From the IMG/VR virus record IMGVR_UViG_3300017408_000002: DNA of 39,055 nucleotides. The stretch is one strand, 5' to 3'. Below are positions 1 through 8,871 of the stretch, piece by piece. Under the pieces are notes generated by a model, which made no database searches, was not told the origin of the DNA, and was given only the letters and a program-made list of their open reading frames with translations. Both the position numbers and the translations under genes were made by a program. Numbering within the stretch: position 1 is the stretch's first letter; each line of letters begins with the position of its first letter. This stretch comes from a virus.

Positions 1-91
1 CTTGTTCCAACGGGCAAACTCAGCGGCAGCACCGGCGTAGTCCCCAGCCTTGTGCTTCTTGATGAGCGTGGACGATGCGAGCGCACCTGTC
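1..91. repeat. Terminal overlap copy 1, identical to 38965..39055. Signature of a circular or permuted genome.
   Basis: Base-by-base comparison: cttgttccaacgggcaaactcagcggcagc...gcgcacctgtc is present at both contig ends. It lies inside a coding sequence. Confidence 0.95.
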
Positions 92-372
92 CCAATATTG
101 TACGCCATTGAGATAAGCGCGCCACGCTGGTTATCCGTGGCAGGAGCGCCGCCAAGCGCTTTCACTACACCGGCCTCATATCCCACCAGATCGGTAGCTA
201 GCCGCCCATCTGCCTGCGCCTGCGTCCATACCACGCCGCGGCGGATACCGGGGCCGGTTGCGCCCCAACCAATAGTCCAAGGATCGCCACCGCTGCCGGG
301 GTCGGGGTATGCCTTTAGGCGGCAGCCCTCGAAGTCCTTGATAAGCTCAGCGGCTATCTTGATCGCGCTCAC
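1..372 (-). CDS. Endolysin, GH24 (T4/lambda-R type) lysozyme, N-terminal 124 codons. The ORF leaves the left end and continues at 38964.
   Basis: Hand translation from GTG at 372: VSAIKIAAELIKDFEGCRLKAYPDPGSGGDPWTIGWGATG...ISMAYNIGTGAL...FARWNK. It carries the E..(8)..D..(5)..T catalytic pattern (FEG / YPDP / WTIGWG) typical of the phage lysozyme family. AAGGA lies 6 nt upstream. GTGA overlap with the upstream ORF stop. Not in the ORF track because it is split by linearisation. Confidence 0.8.
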   Translation of the reverse strand, partial: MSAIKIAAELIKDFEGCRLKAYPDPGSGGDPWTIGWGATGPGIRRGVVWTQAQADGRLATDLVGYEAGVVKALGGAPATDNQRGALISMAYNIGTGALASSTLIKKHKAGDYAGAAAEFARWNK

Positions 373-689
373 GGCTTGTCCTTTGCTTTGAAGTAAGCGG
401 CAGACAACCGCTTCTGTATCACATTGGCACGATGATGGCGCAGCTTGCGCCAACCATAGCCGCCAAGGAACAGCACGACGCCATAGGTCAGCAAGGTCAC
501 GGCCCACCCATCAAACGGACTTTGCCGCTGCTCCCATATCACCCCAATGGTAAGGAAGGAACCTGCGCCCATAAGGCCAAGGCCCGCTCTCTCGCACTCG
601 TTCAGCTCTTCGCGAAGAGCTGTAACGATGATTGCCGCTATCGCTGTTACCAGCAAGCGGCCAAACGAGTTTACGATATCCCAGATCAT
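369..689 (-). CDS. Small membrane protein, holin/antiholin candidate (3 hydrophobic helices, basic tail)
   Basis: Internal ATG at 689 makes an ATGA overlap with the upstream stop. Hydrophobic runs GRLLVTAIAAIIVTAL, GLGLMGAGSFLTIGVIW and WAVTLLTYGVVLFLGGYGW, then a K/R-rich C-terminus. Lies directly upstream of the endolysin. Confidence 0.55.
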   Translation of the reverse strand: MIWDIVNSFGRLLVTAIAAIIVTALREELNECERAGLGLMGAGSFLTIGVIWEQRQSPFDGWAVTLLTYGVVLFLGGYGWRKLRHHRANVIQKRLSAAYFKAKDKP

Positions 690-976
690 GCATCGTCCTC
701 CTTCTTGAGGCCAAGCATTTTCTCGGCGCGACGACGAATGAGCGGCATCAAAGGAATGCCAAAAGCGGCGCCAAAGAATGTGGTGCCACAAGCAGCCCTT
801 AAAGGCGTGATGTCAACGTGGAATATGTCAGCTACAATCCACGGAACGCCAAAAATGGCAAAGACAAATCCAACAACAAAGGCAAACAGCGCTTCTTGCC
901 AAGGCATCAGCTTCCAAGGCTGGAACCACAAAGATGCCAGGGAGCCACCAATCGCTGATAGCCCTATCATCAGCAT
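686..976 (-). CDS. Small membrane protein, holin candidate (3 TM, charged C-tail)
   Basis: Start moved to MLMIGLSAIGG (976), 20 nt after the upstream stop. TM-like runs, then RRRAEKMLGLKKEDDA. Position in the lysis cassette. Confidence 0.55.
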   Translation of the reverse strand: MLMIGLSAIGGSLASLWFQPWKLMPWQEALFAFVVGFVFAIFGVPWIVADIFHVDITPLRAACGTTFFGAAFGIPLMPLIRRRAEKMLGLKKEDDA

Positions 977-996
977 CCTGCGGTCGTTGTCATCAA

Positions 997-1503
997 TCAC
1001 GCCTGCGCTTCCTTGCAAGAAACGCCGGACGCCATGCCCAAAGAGCGAAAGCTGCGCCAACAACTAGACACACGATCTGCACACCCATCACCCCCGACTA
1101 CGAACAGGACCGCAATCTGGACGACAAGGCACGCGTCTAGAACAGTCTCATATTCAACATACTGGAAACCGTTAAGCCAAGCCAACGCATGCATGAACAA
1201 GGTTGCAAGATAGACGGTCCAGATCATCGGGGACCACCATACAGCACGACCCGCCCATCCTACAACAATAAGGCTCAATAGATCTGCCAGCGCCCACATA
1301 TCTTCATGAGTGGCAGGCAGTCCCCATACTTTCAAAATGTGTGCAGGAGACAGTGGATTGTATATCCACGGCATCGCAAACAGCAACCAGTTTGCGGCGA
1401 TGACGGCGGCGCATAGCTTGGCGAAGCGGCGTTCCTCATACGCATGTGCCGCCACCACTAAGGCGACGGCACACAGCAGGCCAAATGTGACCAGCTTCAG
1501 CAT
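997..1503 (-). CDS. Multi-pass membrane protein (168 aa), function unknown (holin-class or exclusion candidate)
   Basis: ORF track. At least 4 long hydrophobic segments rich in W. TAATG overlap with the upstream ORF. Confidence 0.5.
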   Translation of the reverse strand: MLKLVTFGLLCAVALVVAAHAYEERRFAKLCAAVIAANWLLFAMPWIYNPLSPAHILKVWGLPATHEDMWALADLLSLIVVGWAGRAVWWSPMIWTVYLATLFMHALAWLNGFQYVEYETVLDACLVVQIAVLFVVGGDGCADRVSSCWRSFRSLGMASGVSCKEAQA

Positions 1504-1706
1504 TACTTACCGGGAGGGGGAGGGTTCTTGGTGCCGCCGCCGCCACTATCCCCATCACCCGGCGCCGCATTCGCCTCATCATCTTGCGTGGTGAAATCCG
1601 GCTCTTCGCAGTGCTTGTCCTTGTGCGGGTGCTTCTTGTGGTCAGTCATGTCGCATTGCTCCTGTTGTGCGATGAGGCATATTAATAGCTGAATCATATG
1701 AGCCAC
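1503..1706 (-). CDS. Small His/Lys- and Gly/Pro-rich protein, start uncertain (GTG 1706, ATG 1697 or ATG 1649)
   Basis: ORF track. ...TDHKKHPHKDKHCEEPDF...GDGDSGGGGTKNPPPPGK. AGGAG lies 9 nt before ATG 1649. Coupled to the downstream membrane gene. Confidence 0.35.
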   Translation of the reverse strand: MAHMIQLLICLIAQQEQCDMTDHKKHPHKDKHCEEPDFTTQDDEANAAPGDGDSGGGGTKNPPPPGK

Positions 1707-1713
1707 TCAACAG

Positions 1714-3996
1714 CTAGGCATCTATCGGAATGCGCAGCTCCAAAAACGCCGCTGTCATACCCGCTGTATTACCAATGGAAATATTGCCATTGGCCTGCCA
1801 GCGGACTGAAGTCTGCCCACTAGGGTAGGTAGTATCAGCTGTCGTAAAGGCGGGAACAAGCCTTGCCGATTCAGAAGATGGGCGGCGCCCTACTGGTAGG
1901 GAAACCGCCGCGGTGTTGGCGGCTGCGCCACCAAAACTAATCACACCTTTAACAAAGGTAAACCTACCTCCCCTGCGATACTGGGCGTTCGTAAAAGGCG
2001 ATGTAACTACGCCATACGGAGAAACTAGAAATGTGGGGGAGATGTTTTGCCATGGCTCATACCAAGAATAAACGTCATCGGGAGTAGAAGATGTGGCAGG
2101 CGAACAATTGATGTACTGGCAACTTTCATCGTGATAAACACGTCCAGAGTAGTTAGACCCTTTTAGAAAAATTGCGCCAAAAGAACCTACACATTTGAAT
2201 GTGTCACCCCTATGAATGATAACATCATCTGCCGCTCCAAGTGAACGGCACATCATTCCAGATCTCCCGGAGAGATATGGATATTGAGTGTCTGGGAAAA
2301 CTACCGCCGCGCCGATCCACGTCGTACCAGAAGAAAAAATCTTTAGCCCAGTCGCCTCACCCATGCTCAATGCGAACCCAGGCGTGAGGGTGGCTGATCC
2401 GCTGGTGGAACCATAGGATCCATCGAAAGTGCATCCGTTGACCAAATGCAGTTCACGCACCCCTTGCCCCCCCGCCATCGCGAGGGATCGAACAGAGAGA
2501 CTGCCGGTCAAGCATTGAACGCCGTCAAGAATGAGGGATCCTTGCAAGCACTCTTCAATGAAAAAACCTTCACTTTGCACATCTGGCGTGCCGTCATTAA
2601 CATTCCTACGCTTCTGTATAAGCCTAATGCGCCCATTTCCCGTGCCTCGCGCGGTGGACATGGGGCCGTAAGCTCTATTGGCAAATATAGAAAGGTCGTA
2701 TCCCTCAGAATATGTCATGGCTCCAGCCGCGGCGCTACCATCACAATTTATCGTGGCGCGCATATTGACGCTAGATCTGATTTCAAAATTGTAAGCGCTA
2801 TCAACCGTTGTCGTGACCACGCCAGTCGCTTCGCAATTTACAGCAAGTGCTTTTGAGTACCCAGCTGTGATCTGGCCTACCGATGAGTAATTGTATTTCA
2901 AAGGCGTTTTCAAAGTAACCAGAGTGCCACTGCGAGACCTGACCTGTACATATTCACCATCGAGGTCGATATAGTTGGGCTTCCCTGCGGCAAAAGAAGA
3001 CACAGATGTAGGCGGACCATTAAGCCTGATCCACTGGCCTTCTACGAACTCATTTGATGCCGGTGTGACATTAAGTACTATCTGGAATGCGCCTGCCGAA
3101 CACGGCTGTATTGCGATAAGGGTCGGAGAGCCGAACGCGTAATCAGGATCTCCGGAATCCGGAACCCAAGGGGTGGGCAACATCTGGCTTCCATATCCGT
3201 CCGGAAAGCCAGTAGAAGGCGTGCCGGGGCCTCCAGCAATGTATTTCTGCCCCGCTCCCCATGACCTTATCTTCGCACCGTTACACTCAAAACGCCAGGT
3301 TCCAAACATTTGGATATCCGCGTTCTGGTAGTTCTTACCCCCTACAAGGCGTAGTGTGGCCCCGGTCTGGTAACAATACGTATTTGCTCGACTTGATGCG
3401 GCAGCATAGTCGGTTTCACCGGGCATCAAAAAGTCATCCAAATCTACCGCGATGGATTTAATTTTTGACGCGCTATCGCGAGAGGGCAATGTGTCCGATA
3501 CCTTAAAGGCAATGCTATTTGCTGACTGTCGAACTAATGCACCGGTTGAAAGAGGAATGCCGTTGACCTGAACTACATCGGTGCGACCGGTAAAATTTCC
3601 TAGCTGGTAAGTAAACAAACCATTGGAAACGCCGCCATCTGCGCCTGAAGGGGAGGCCAGATTGTATGTAAGCCCGGTGATTCCCGCGGACTTCATAGCG
3701 GACAGAGTTGCATAGCTGTTTGCGTCGCCGCCCGCTGGGCCAACGGGGCCGCTGGCCAAGCCATCAACATTGCGAATCCAGCGACCGGCCTGCAATGGCG
3801 TCTTGTCGTAAGGGCGAATAACGTCCTTTCCGTCGTCAACCGCTGTTGAACCGGGGTCATACTCGAACAATCCCTGCAAACCGTTCACTAGATAGAGATC
3901 GCCATCAGCAATGAAGCTGGACGGAATAGCCCGCAAATCCTGCGCACTATCGACCTGTGCCAGATTACCCGGAAATGTTACGTTGACCGCTGCCAT
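1714..3996 (-). CDS. Tailspike / receptor-binding protein (760 aa), probably beta-helix type
   Basis: Size, last position in the virion module, and a Gly/Ser/Thr/Asn-rich repetitive body. The GC-normal N-terminal about 130 aa is followed by a low-GC body. GAGGG SD before ATG 3996. Confidence 0.6.
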   Translation of the reverse strand: MAAVNVTFPGNLAQVDSAQDLRAIPSSFIADGDLYLVNGLQGLFEYDPGSTAVDDGKDVIRPYDKTPLQAGRWIRNVDGLASGPVGPAGGDANSYATLSAMKSAGITGLTYNLASPSGADGGVSNGLFTYQLGNFTGRTDVVQVNGIPLSTGALVRQSANSIAFKVSDTLPSRDSASKIKSIAVDLDDFLMPGETDYAAASSRANTYCYQTGATLRLVGGKNYQNADIQMFGTWRFECNGAKIRSWGAGQKYIAGGPGTPSTGFPDGYGSQMLPTPWVPDSGDPDYAFGSPTLIAIQPCSAGAFQIVLNVTPASNEFVEGQWIRLNGPPTSVSSFAAGKPNYIDLDGEYVQVRSRSGTLVTLKTPLKYNYSSVGQITAGYSKALAVNCEATGVVTTTVDSAYNFEIRSSVNMRATINCDGSAAAGAMTYSEGYDLSIFANRAYGPMSTARGTGNGRIRLIQKRRNVNDGTPDVQSEGFFIEECLQGSLILDGVQCLTGSLSVRSLAMAGGQGVRELHLVNGCTFDGSYGSTSGSATLTPGFALSMGEATGLKIFSSGTTWIGAAVVFPDTQYPYLSGRSGMMCRSLGAADDVIIHRGDTFKCVGSFGAIFLKGSNYSGRVYHDESCQYINCSPATSSTPDDVYSWYEPWQNISPTFLVSPYGVVTSPFTNAQYRRGGRFTFVKGVISFGGAAANTAAVSLPVGRRPSSESARLVPAFTTADTTYPSGQTSVRWQANGNISIGNTAGMTAAFLELRIPIDA

Positions 3997-4084
3997 GCTG
4001 TTACCCTCGCTGGTATTATGTTACCCGTACCTCATGCGGCGTATTTTGAAAAGCATGTGGTGGCTGTTCGTGATGTATTGGGCT

Positions 4085-6766
4085 TTACCGCCGTTGTGGT
4101 TTCTGGTCTTCCGCTGCCGCTTTTGACACGGACGTTGAAAGAGCCTGCTGGATGGGCAGCAGGTCGTTAGCAATCTCGGGCTGGCGCGTAGCGATTACCG
4201 ATAGGCGTCGAGCTGCGTTTGCGATCTGCTGCGGCGTATTGGCGGGGCGTGCTAGCCAACGCGCAACCGCAGGTAATGCCAGAACGCGCCCACTTATGAT
4301 CTGTGCTGTGGCTCCTGCGATGGCGGCAGTTGGCGATACCTGCCCAAGGCCGAACAGGGCCGCTACGTTCAGGACGCCGCCCGTGTTGGAGCGATTGGCA
4401 TATCCTGCCGCCTGCTTCGTGCCATCGGTGATCTTGGCCAGATCGTTCAGCGCATCGCGCGCCTCGCCTTTGAACAGAACGTCCTTGGCGCGCGGCGTCA
4501 GCTGGTTCCACTGGGCCAGGAATTGCGCGGGCGAAAATGCTGCTCCTTCCGCATCCTGCGCTCCTGCTGACGCCTTGCCGAGTTGGCCTATGACAGTTGC
4601 ACGAATGCTGGCCTGTTCCTCTGACGGCAGCGCATCCATGAAACGGCGTAGACGGGCAGAATCACTACGGCTGGCGTTCTGGAGATTGGAAAATACCCGC
4701 TCGGGCGCATAAGCCTTTTCGTTGCGCCCACCGATGATAGGCTTGATTACCTCATCAATCGTCTCGATGCGGTCGCGATGTGCCTGATCTGCTGCACGAA
4801 ACTGTGCACGCGCCTGTGGCGGCAGTCCTTCCGAAATATCGTCAGAGATGGCATCAAGGACCTGCCCTGCACGGCGCTGAAAATCTGTGCCGCGCAACTC
4901 ATCCGTTTGTGCGAGGCCGCGGACGTTAGTGCGCAAACGACGCAGCGCATCGATCGACAAGCCACCTTCCGCGCTAAGATCCGCCTTTAGACCCTCAAGC
5001 GCCTTCGTTACAGGTGCGCTGGTGCTAGGAGTCTCGGCAAGCTCCTGTAGGTTGGTGTCAACAGCGGCAAGGGCGCGCTCCGGAACGGGCCTGACGCCTT
5101 CCGACGCACCGCGCGCACGATCGTACAGCCCGCCGACTTGTTGGCGCGACGTAGAAATGTAATCCCGCGCACCCTGCTGTGCCAATTCGCCTGCCTCGAC
5201 GGGCTGCACGGCGTTGCCCACACCAGCCGCAATACGATCACGCGCGCCGGCAATTTCCTCATTGACACGCTGACCGCCGCGAATGATCGGACCAGCCGAC
5301 AACGGCCCCTGCGCTGCGGCGGATGTAAAACGGCGCGTCATAGGGCCACCAACGTCGGCGGGAAGCGGGCTAACACCTTGACGCCCCGCAGCAGCCATCA
5401 GCTCGCTGGCACCGCTCCCGCCACCACCCCCAGGCGGCACATTGCCCGCACGCGCCGCCAGCCATTCAGCACCACGCCCCAGCCCATACCCAAGCACACC
5501 ACCCGCTAAAGCGCCGCTGCCGACTTCAAGAGCGCGAGAGCTAGCATCACCGTAGGAATTACCCAGACCGTATAGCGCGCCGGCTGCTGCACCGTTTCGC
5601 CCAAGGTTTGCGGCGGTTGCACTCCCCACGAGAGGAACCGCGAAACCACCGGCGAATTGCCCCACACCTCGCGCAAGGGGATTGTTCTGTTCGTCATATG
5701 CATCGTACCCCCTGCGGCGGTCCAAAGCCTCACCGTAATTCTCGCCTCCTACCGCATCCGCTAGCGCGCCCAAGCGGTTGACGAAGCCTAGCGATCCAGT
5801 GTTGGCCACTCCACGCGCAAAGGCACCGGCAGCTCCATCGTTCGGGTTGATGGCCTGCACTTCGTTGTCCACGTTGACCGTGGGCGCAACGCTGCGGTTC
5901 TCGGGCTTGGCGTAAAACTGTGCCAGCCCCTGCAATTCCTCATCGGACGCCTTGAGGCCAAAGCCATTCGCCAAAGCCTGCAAAGCCTGCGGCGGCGCTC
6001 CCGACTGCGCCAGCGCCTGAAATGCGGCCTTCTGCTCTGCGGTCAGGTTTACGGCGTCGCTGCGCTGCGCGGGGGCTTGGTCGTTGAATTGGACCGGGCC
6101 GCGAAGGCTATCTACCTGTGTAGCGCCAGTGCCTGCTCCAATGCGGAAACCTTCAATGACCTGCTGACGCGCTCGTGCTTTCTGCGCCAAAACATCTTCG
6201 CTATCGCCAGTTTGCGGGTAGAAAATCTGGTCTTGGCGATCAAACTCTTCTTTGCCAATCGCAGCGCCAGACTCCAGGCGAAGGCTGGCCCGGATGAAGT
6301 TTTCTTTAGCCTGCTGCGCCCTTTGACGAGCAGGCGAGGTGTTTTCGTTGACGATGTTTTTCGGCAGAACCGCTCGCGCTACATCGCCAAGGATGCCAAC
6401 CGGCTGCGTACCCTGTTTTAGCTGAGGATCGGCGACAAGCGACTGCCATTCCTGCTCAGCACCAAGCGCCGAGTTGTAGAAGTTGGTGGTTTTGCCTTCA
6501 CCTTCCGTAAGGCGGCCTTCGGTAGTCAGCTTCTTTTCGTCAATACGCGCCTGCCTAGCAGCGGCTTCGGCTTGACGCGCCGCCGTGGCCTCCGCTCGAT
6601 CCGCCGCAGCAGCAGCCCGAGCATCCGAATTAACCGCCAGCCCGAAACGCGCCTGTTCCAACGGGTCAACCGTTTTAGGCCCGCCATAGATACGGGCAGG
6701 AGGCGATCCCGCCTGCACAGCGGGCTGGGCCGGGATAAGATCGGCAAATGGATTAACCTGCGCCAT
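4085..6766 (-). CDS. Large internal virion / DNA-ejection protein (893 aa)
   Basis: Ala/Gly/Gln-rich, coiled-coil N-terminus (AAAADRAEATAARQAEAAARQARIDEKK), Gly-rich hydrophobic central patch (GAAAGALYGLGNSYG...GALAGGVLGYGLG). Sits after two other Q/G-rich proteins and a peptidase. Confidence 0.55.
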   Translation of the reverse strand: MAQVNPFADLIPAQPAVQAGSPPARIYGGPKTVDPLEQARFGLAVNSDARAAAAADRAEATAARQAEAAARQARIDEKKLTTEGRLTEGEGKTTNFYNSALGAEQEWQSLVADPQLKQGTQPVGILGDVARAVLPKNIVNENTSPARQRAQQAKENFIRASLRLESGAAIGKEEFDRQDQIFYPQTGDSEDVLAQKARARQQVIEGFRIGAGTGATQVDSLRGPVQFNDQAPAQRSDAVNLTAEQKAAFQALAQSGAPPQALQALANGFGLKASDEELQGLAQFYAKPENRSVAPTVNVDNEVQAINPNDGAAGAFARGVANTGSLGFVNRLGALADAVGGENYGEALDRRRGYDAYDEQNNPLARGVGQFAGGFAVPLVGSATAANLGRNGAAAGALYGLGNSYGDASSRALEVGSGALAGGVLGYGLGRGAEWLAARAGNVPPGGGGGSGASELMAAAGRQGVSPLPADVGGPMTRRFTSAAAQGPLSAGPIIRGGQRVNEEIAGARDRIAAGVGNAVQPVEAGELAQQGARDYISTSRQQVGGLYDRARGASEGVRPVPERALAAVDTNLQELAETPSTSAPVTKALEGLKADLSAEGGLSIDALRRLRTNVRGLAQTDELRGTDFQRRAGQVLDAISDDISEGLPPQARAQFRAADQAHRDRIETIDEVIKPIIGGRNEKAYAPERVFSNLQNASRSDSARLRRFMDALPSEEQASIRATVIGQLGKASAGAQDAEGAAFSPAQFLAQWNQLTPRAKDVLFKGEARDALNDLAKITDGTKQAAGYANRSNTGGVLNVAALFGLGQVSPTAAIAGATAQIISGRVLALPAVARWLARPANTPQQIANAARRLSVIATRQPEIANDLLPIQQALSTSVSKAAAEDQKPQRR

Positions 6767-7008
6767 TACTGCGAACCCCTGCGGCCGAAATACGGTACTT
6801 TGCCGTATCCAGGCAAAGTAACATGGACGTGGTCGCCCTCGTCAAGATAGCGGGCGCGTGGTCCAAAGTATGACTGCAACTTGGCAACAGACGTATTCGC
6901 GTAATCCACGCCATCCCCCGTCAAATGATGACTAGTACGTACACCGCCTACGGCTGCATTGCCAGCAACAGTACGACGACCGCTAGTCAACGTACCGGGC
7001 GCGCGCAT
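6766..7008 (-). CDS. Minimal zinc peptidase, M15 (VanY / L-Ala-D-Glu peptidase-like) cell-wall hydrolase domain, 80 aa
   Basis: [30 protein letters not shown] ... GDHVHV matches the SxHxxGxAxD ... HxH metal-ligand pattern of M15 peptidases. ATG 7008 lies 4 nt after the upstream stop. TAATG overlap with the 893-aa gene. Confidence 0.6.
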   Translation of the reverse strand: MRAPGTLTSGRRTVAGNAAVGGVRTSHHLTGDGVDYANTSVAKLQSYFGPRARYLDEGDHVHVTLPGYGKVPYFGRRGSQ

Positions 7009-7012
7009 GGGA

Positions 7013-7750
7013 TCAGGGAAACGTCGCGCCCCCTTGCGAGGGCGCACCTCCCTTCATCTGTGCAAGACGGGCGCGAACTGCGGCAGGATCGGCACCCGCC
7101 GCAATCGCCTGTTGCGCCATTGCCTCAAGGTCGCCCCCACCTTGTTGCGCTGGAGCGGCCTGTGCGGCAGGTGGCGGTGCAGATGTGTCGCCGATCGGCG
7201 CGCCCGTCATGGCGTCGAAGCCTTGTAGGTATCCGCCCTGCGGGATGGCCATGTATTTCACGCGGCCAGACGCCAGTGTATCAGTGATCGATCGCGCCGA
7301 ATTGATGTATCCGTCGAGCGCGCCATCGGACAGATCCTGCGCAGCGTGCGCCAGATCCTGTTGGCTGATGCCACGCTGCATCAGGGCCGGCGCATATTGC
7401 TGCAAAGCCTGTCCACGCTGTTCGGCAGGGAGCTGCCGCAAACCAGCCGCAACCTTCCCTAGCACGTCTGCCTGATCGCCTAGCTGCTTCTGCTGGTCCT
7501 GATGCAGGCCCTCGATATGCTTGGCTAGGTCGATGTCTCCCGCTGCGTATGCCGCTTGCGTAGCGCCGCGATAATCGCCTTGCGCCAGCGCACCACCCGC
7601 TTGCTGTCGGGCCTGCATCGAGCGCTGCTGCTGCTCAGCCTGTACCTGCCGCTGTTGCTGGATAAGGCCCTGCTGCTGCGCTTGCCCAAATGACTGTAGC
7701 GCCTCCATCGCGTTAAAGCCGTTGCCGGAAAGGCCCCAATTGACGGCCAT
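7013..7750 (-). CDS. Q-rich internal virion / ejection protein (245 aa)
   Basis: Start refined to [11 protein letters not shown] (TGATG overlap at 7750). Long Q/A-rich helices. Position. Confidence 0.5.
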   Translation of the reverse strand: MAVNWGLSGNGFNAMEALQSFGQAQQQGLIQQQRQVQAEQQQRSMQARQQAGGALAQGDYRGATQAAYAAGDIDLAKHIEGLHQDQQKQLGDQADVLGKVAAGLRQLPAEQRGQALQQYAPALMQRGISQQDLAHAAQDLSDGALDGYINSARSITDTLASGRVKYMAIPQGGYLQGFDAMTGAPIGDTSAPPPAAQAAPAQQGGGDLEAMAQQAIAAGADPAAVRARLAQMKGGAPSQGGATFP

Positions 7751-8442
7751 CAATAAATACCCCCAAGGCGCCCGCCATAAATTGGCGAAGTGCCGCTTTT
7801 GGTATAACTGGACGAAAGACCCCCACCCGCTGCATAGCTGCCTAGATTGGCCAGATTCTGCAACGCACCCGACCACGCCGCGCCACCAGCAAGAGAGGCG
7901 TTGGACGAAGCATCAGCCGCCCCCTGCTGCACCTGATTGATGTTGTTGGTTGTGTTGGTCGCGGCGCCTGCAACTTGCCCGATCGCGTTCTGCCCCTGAT
8001 TGGAAATGTTCTGCAAACCGTTGAGCCAGTTGCTTGAAGACTGATCCGCCAGCGCCATGCCCTTGGCCTGCAAAGCCTTCAGTGTGGCGCCGGATCCACC
8101 AAGCCCCCGTGCATAGGCGTTTGCACTGACAGAACCCAATCCAGTGTTGACAAGATCCTGATACCCGGTCGAACCCCGATAGGTGGATAGCGCCTGTTGC
8201 GCCGCGTCCCCGCCAGACAGCCCGAGGAAATTTCCCGCCAACGATCCAGCTGCATTGCCGCGGTCAATGGCAGGCTGATTAAGGCCGGTAATATATTGCT
8301 GGTTCTGCTGTAGGCGCTGCTGTTCCGAAGCCGCAGCAGCGGCCTGCGTCTTGGCTGCCTTTTTGGCAGCGCTGGACTGGATTGCACCCCCAAGAAGGGA
8401 GCCGCCTGCGGCAACACCTGCTGCAATTGCTACTGGTGGCAT
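7750..8442 (-). CDS. Gly/Ala/Asn/Gln-rich virion protein with hydrophobic N-terminus (230 aa)
   Basis: ORF track. MPPVAIAAGVAAGGSLLGGAI... Low-complexity composition typical of ejected or internal proteins. Confidence 0.5.
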   Translation of the reverse strand: MPPVAIAAGVAAGGSLLGGAIQSSAAKKAAKTQAAAAASEQQRLQQNQQYITGLNQPAIDRGNAAGSLAGNFLGLSGGDAAQQALSTYRGSTGYQDLVNTGLGSVSANAYARGLGGSGATLKALQAKGMALADQSSSNWLNGLQNISNQGQNAIGQVAGAATNTTNNINQVQQGAADASSNASLAGGAAWSGALQNLANLGSYAAGGGLSSSYTKSGTSPIYGGRLGGIY

Positions 8443-8871
8443 TTACAGACCTTCCGTCACAAAATACTGAACCTCGCCTGCGATTGAGTCCGTGCCGAAC
8501 CCGGCTGGCTTCAATCCCATTCGCCGAATATAGCAGATGGCGGCACGATTGTATATCGAGGGCTGCCCCCAGACGATCTTCGCGCCTTGTGTCTTCATAA
8601 ATTCCAGCATCTTGCGGCCTATAGCCATAGCAGCGGCTCCGCGATCTTCCTTACGAACCATCAAATGGCACTCATAAATTTCGGGACCGCGCCATACGAA
8701 TATTGCGCAGAAACCCTCATCGATCAGGATGACGTTGCGCGGATCCTCAACCCATGGCGTAAAATCCAGATCGTTTGGCGGATACATTGCACCAAGAAAC
8801 ATCATTTCCCGAACCGATGCGTCGTTACCGATAGCGTTGACCAGCTCGGGATCGTCAACCCTTTGCATCAT
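8443..8871 (-). CDS. GNAT-fold acetyltransferase-like protein (142 aa) inserted in the tail module
   Basis: HLMVRKEDRGAAAMAIGRKMLEFMKTQGAKIVWGQPSIYNRAAICYIRRMGLKPAG resembles GNAT motif A/B (R-G-x-x-A ... N..A ... G-F/L). ATGA overlap upstream. Local GC is lower (hand counts 29/60 and 33/60). Confidence 0.5.
   Translation of the reverse strand: MMQRVDDPELVNAIGNDASVREMMFLGAMYPPNDLDFTPWVEDPRNVILIDEGFCAIFVWRGPEIYECHLMVRKEDRGAAAMAIGRKMLEFMKTQGAKIVWGQPSIYNRAAICYIRRMGLKPAGFGTDSIAGEVQYFVTEGL

Noticed and set aside
1-91. The 91-bp terminal duplication as genuine direct terminal repeats (T7-like)
   Set aside because: The repeat lies in the middle of the endolysin coding sequence, and the gene is complete only after circularisation. 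An assembly overlap of a circular or permuted genome is more parsimonious. This cannot be excluded without read data.
1503-1706. Pro-rich 67-aa ORF as an o-spanin lipoprotein
   Set aside because: Only about 9 residues precede the first Cys (LLIC), the -1 residue is Ile, and there is no proper signal peptide or lipobox. The start codon is itself uncertain.
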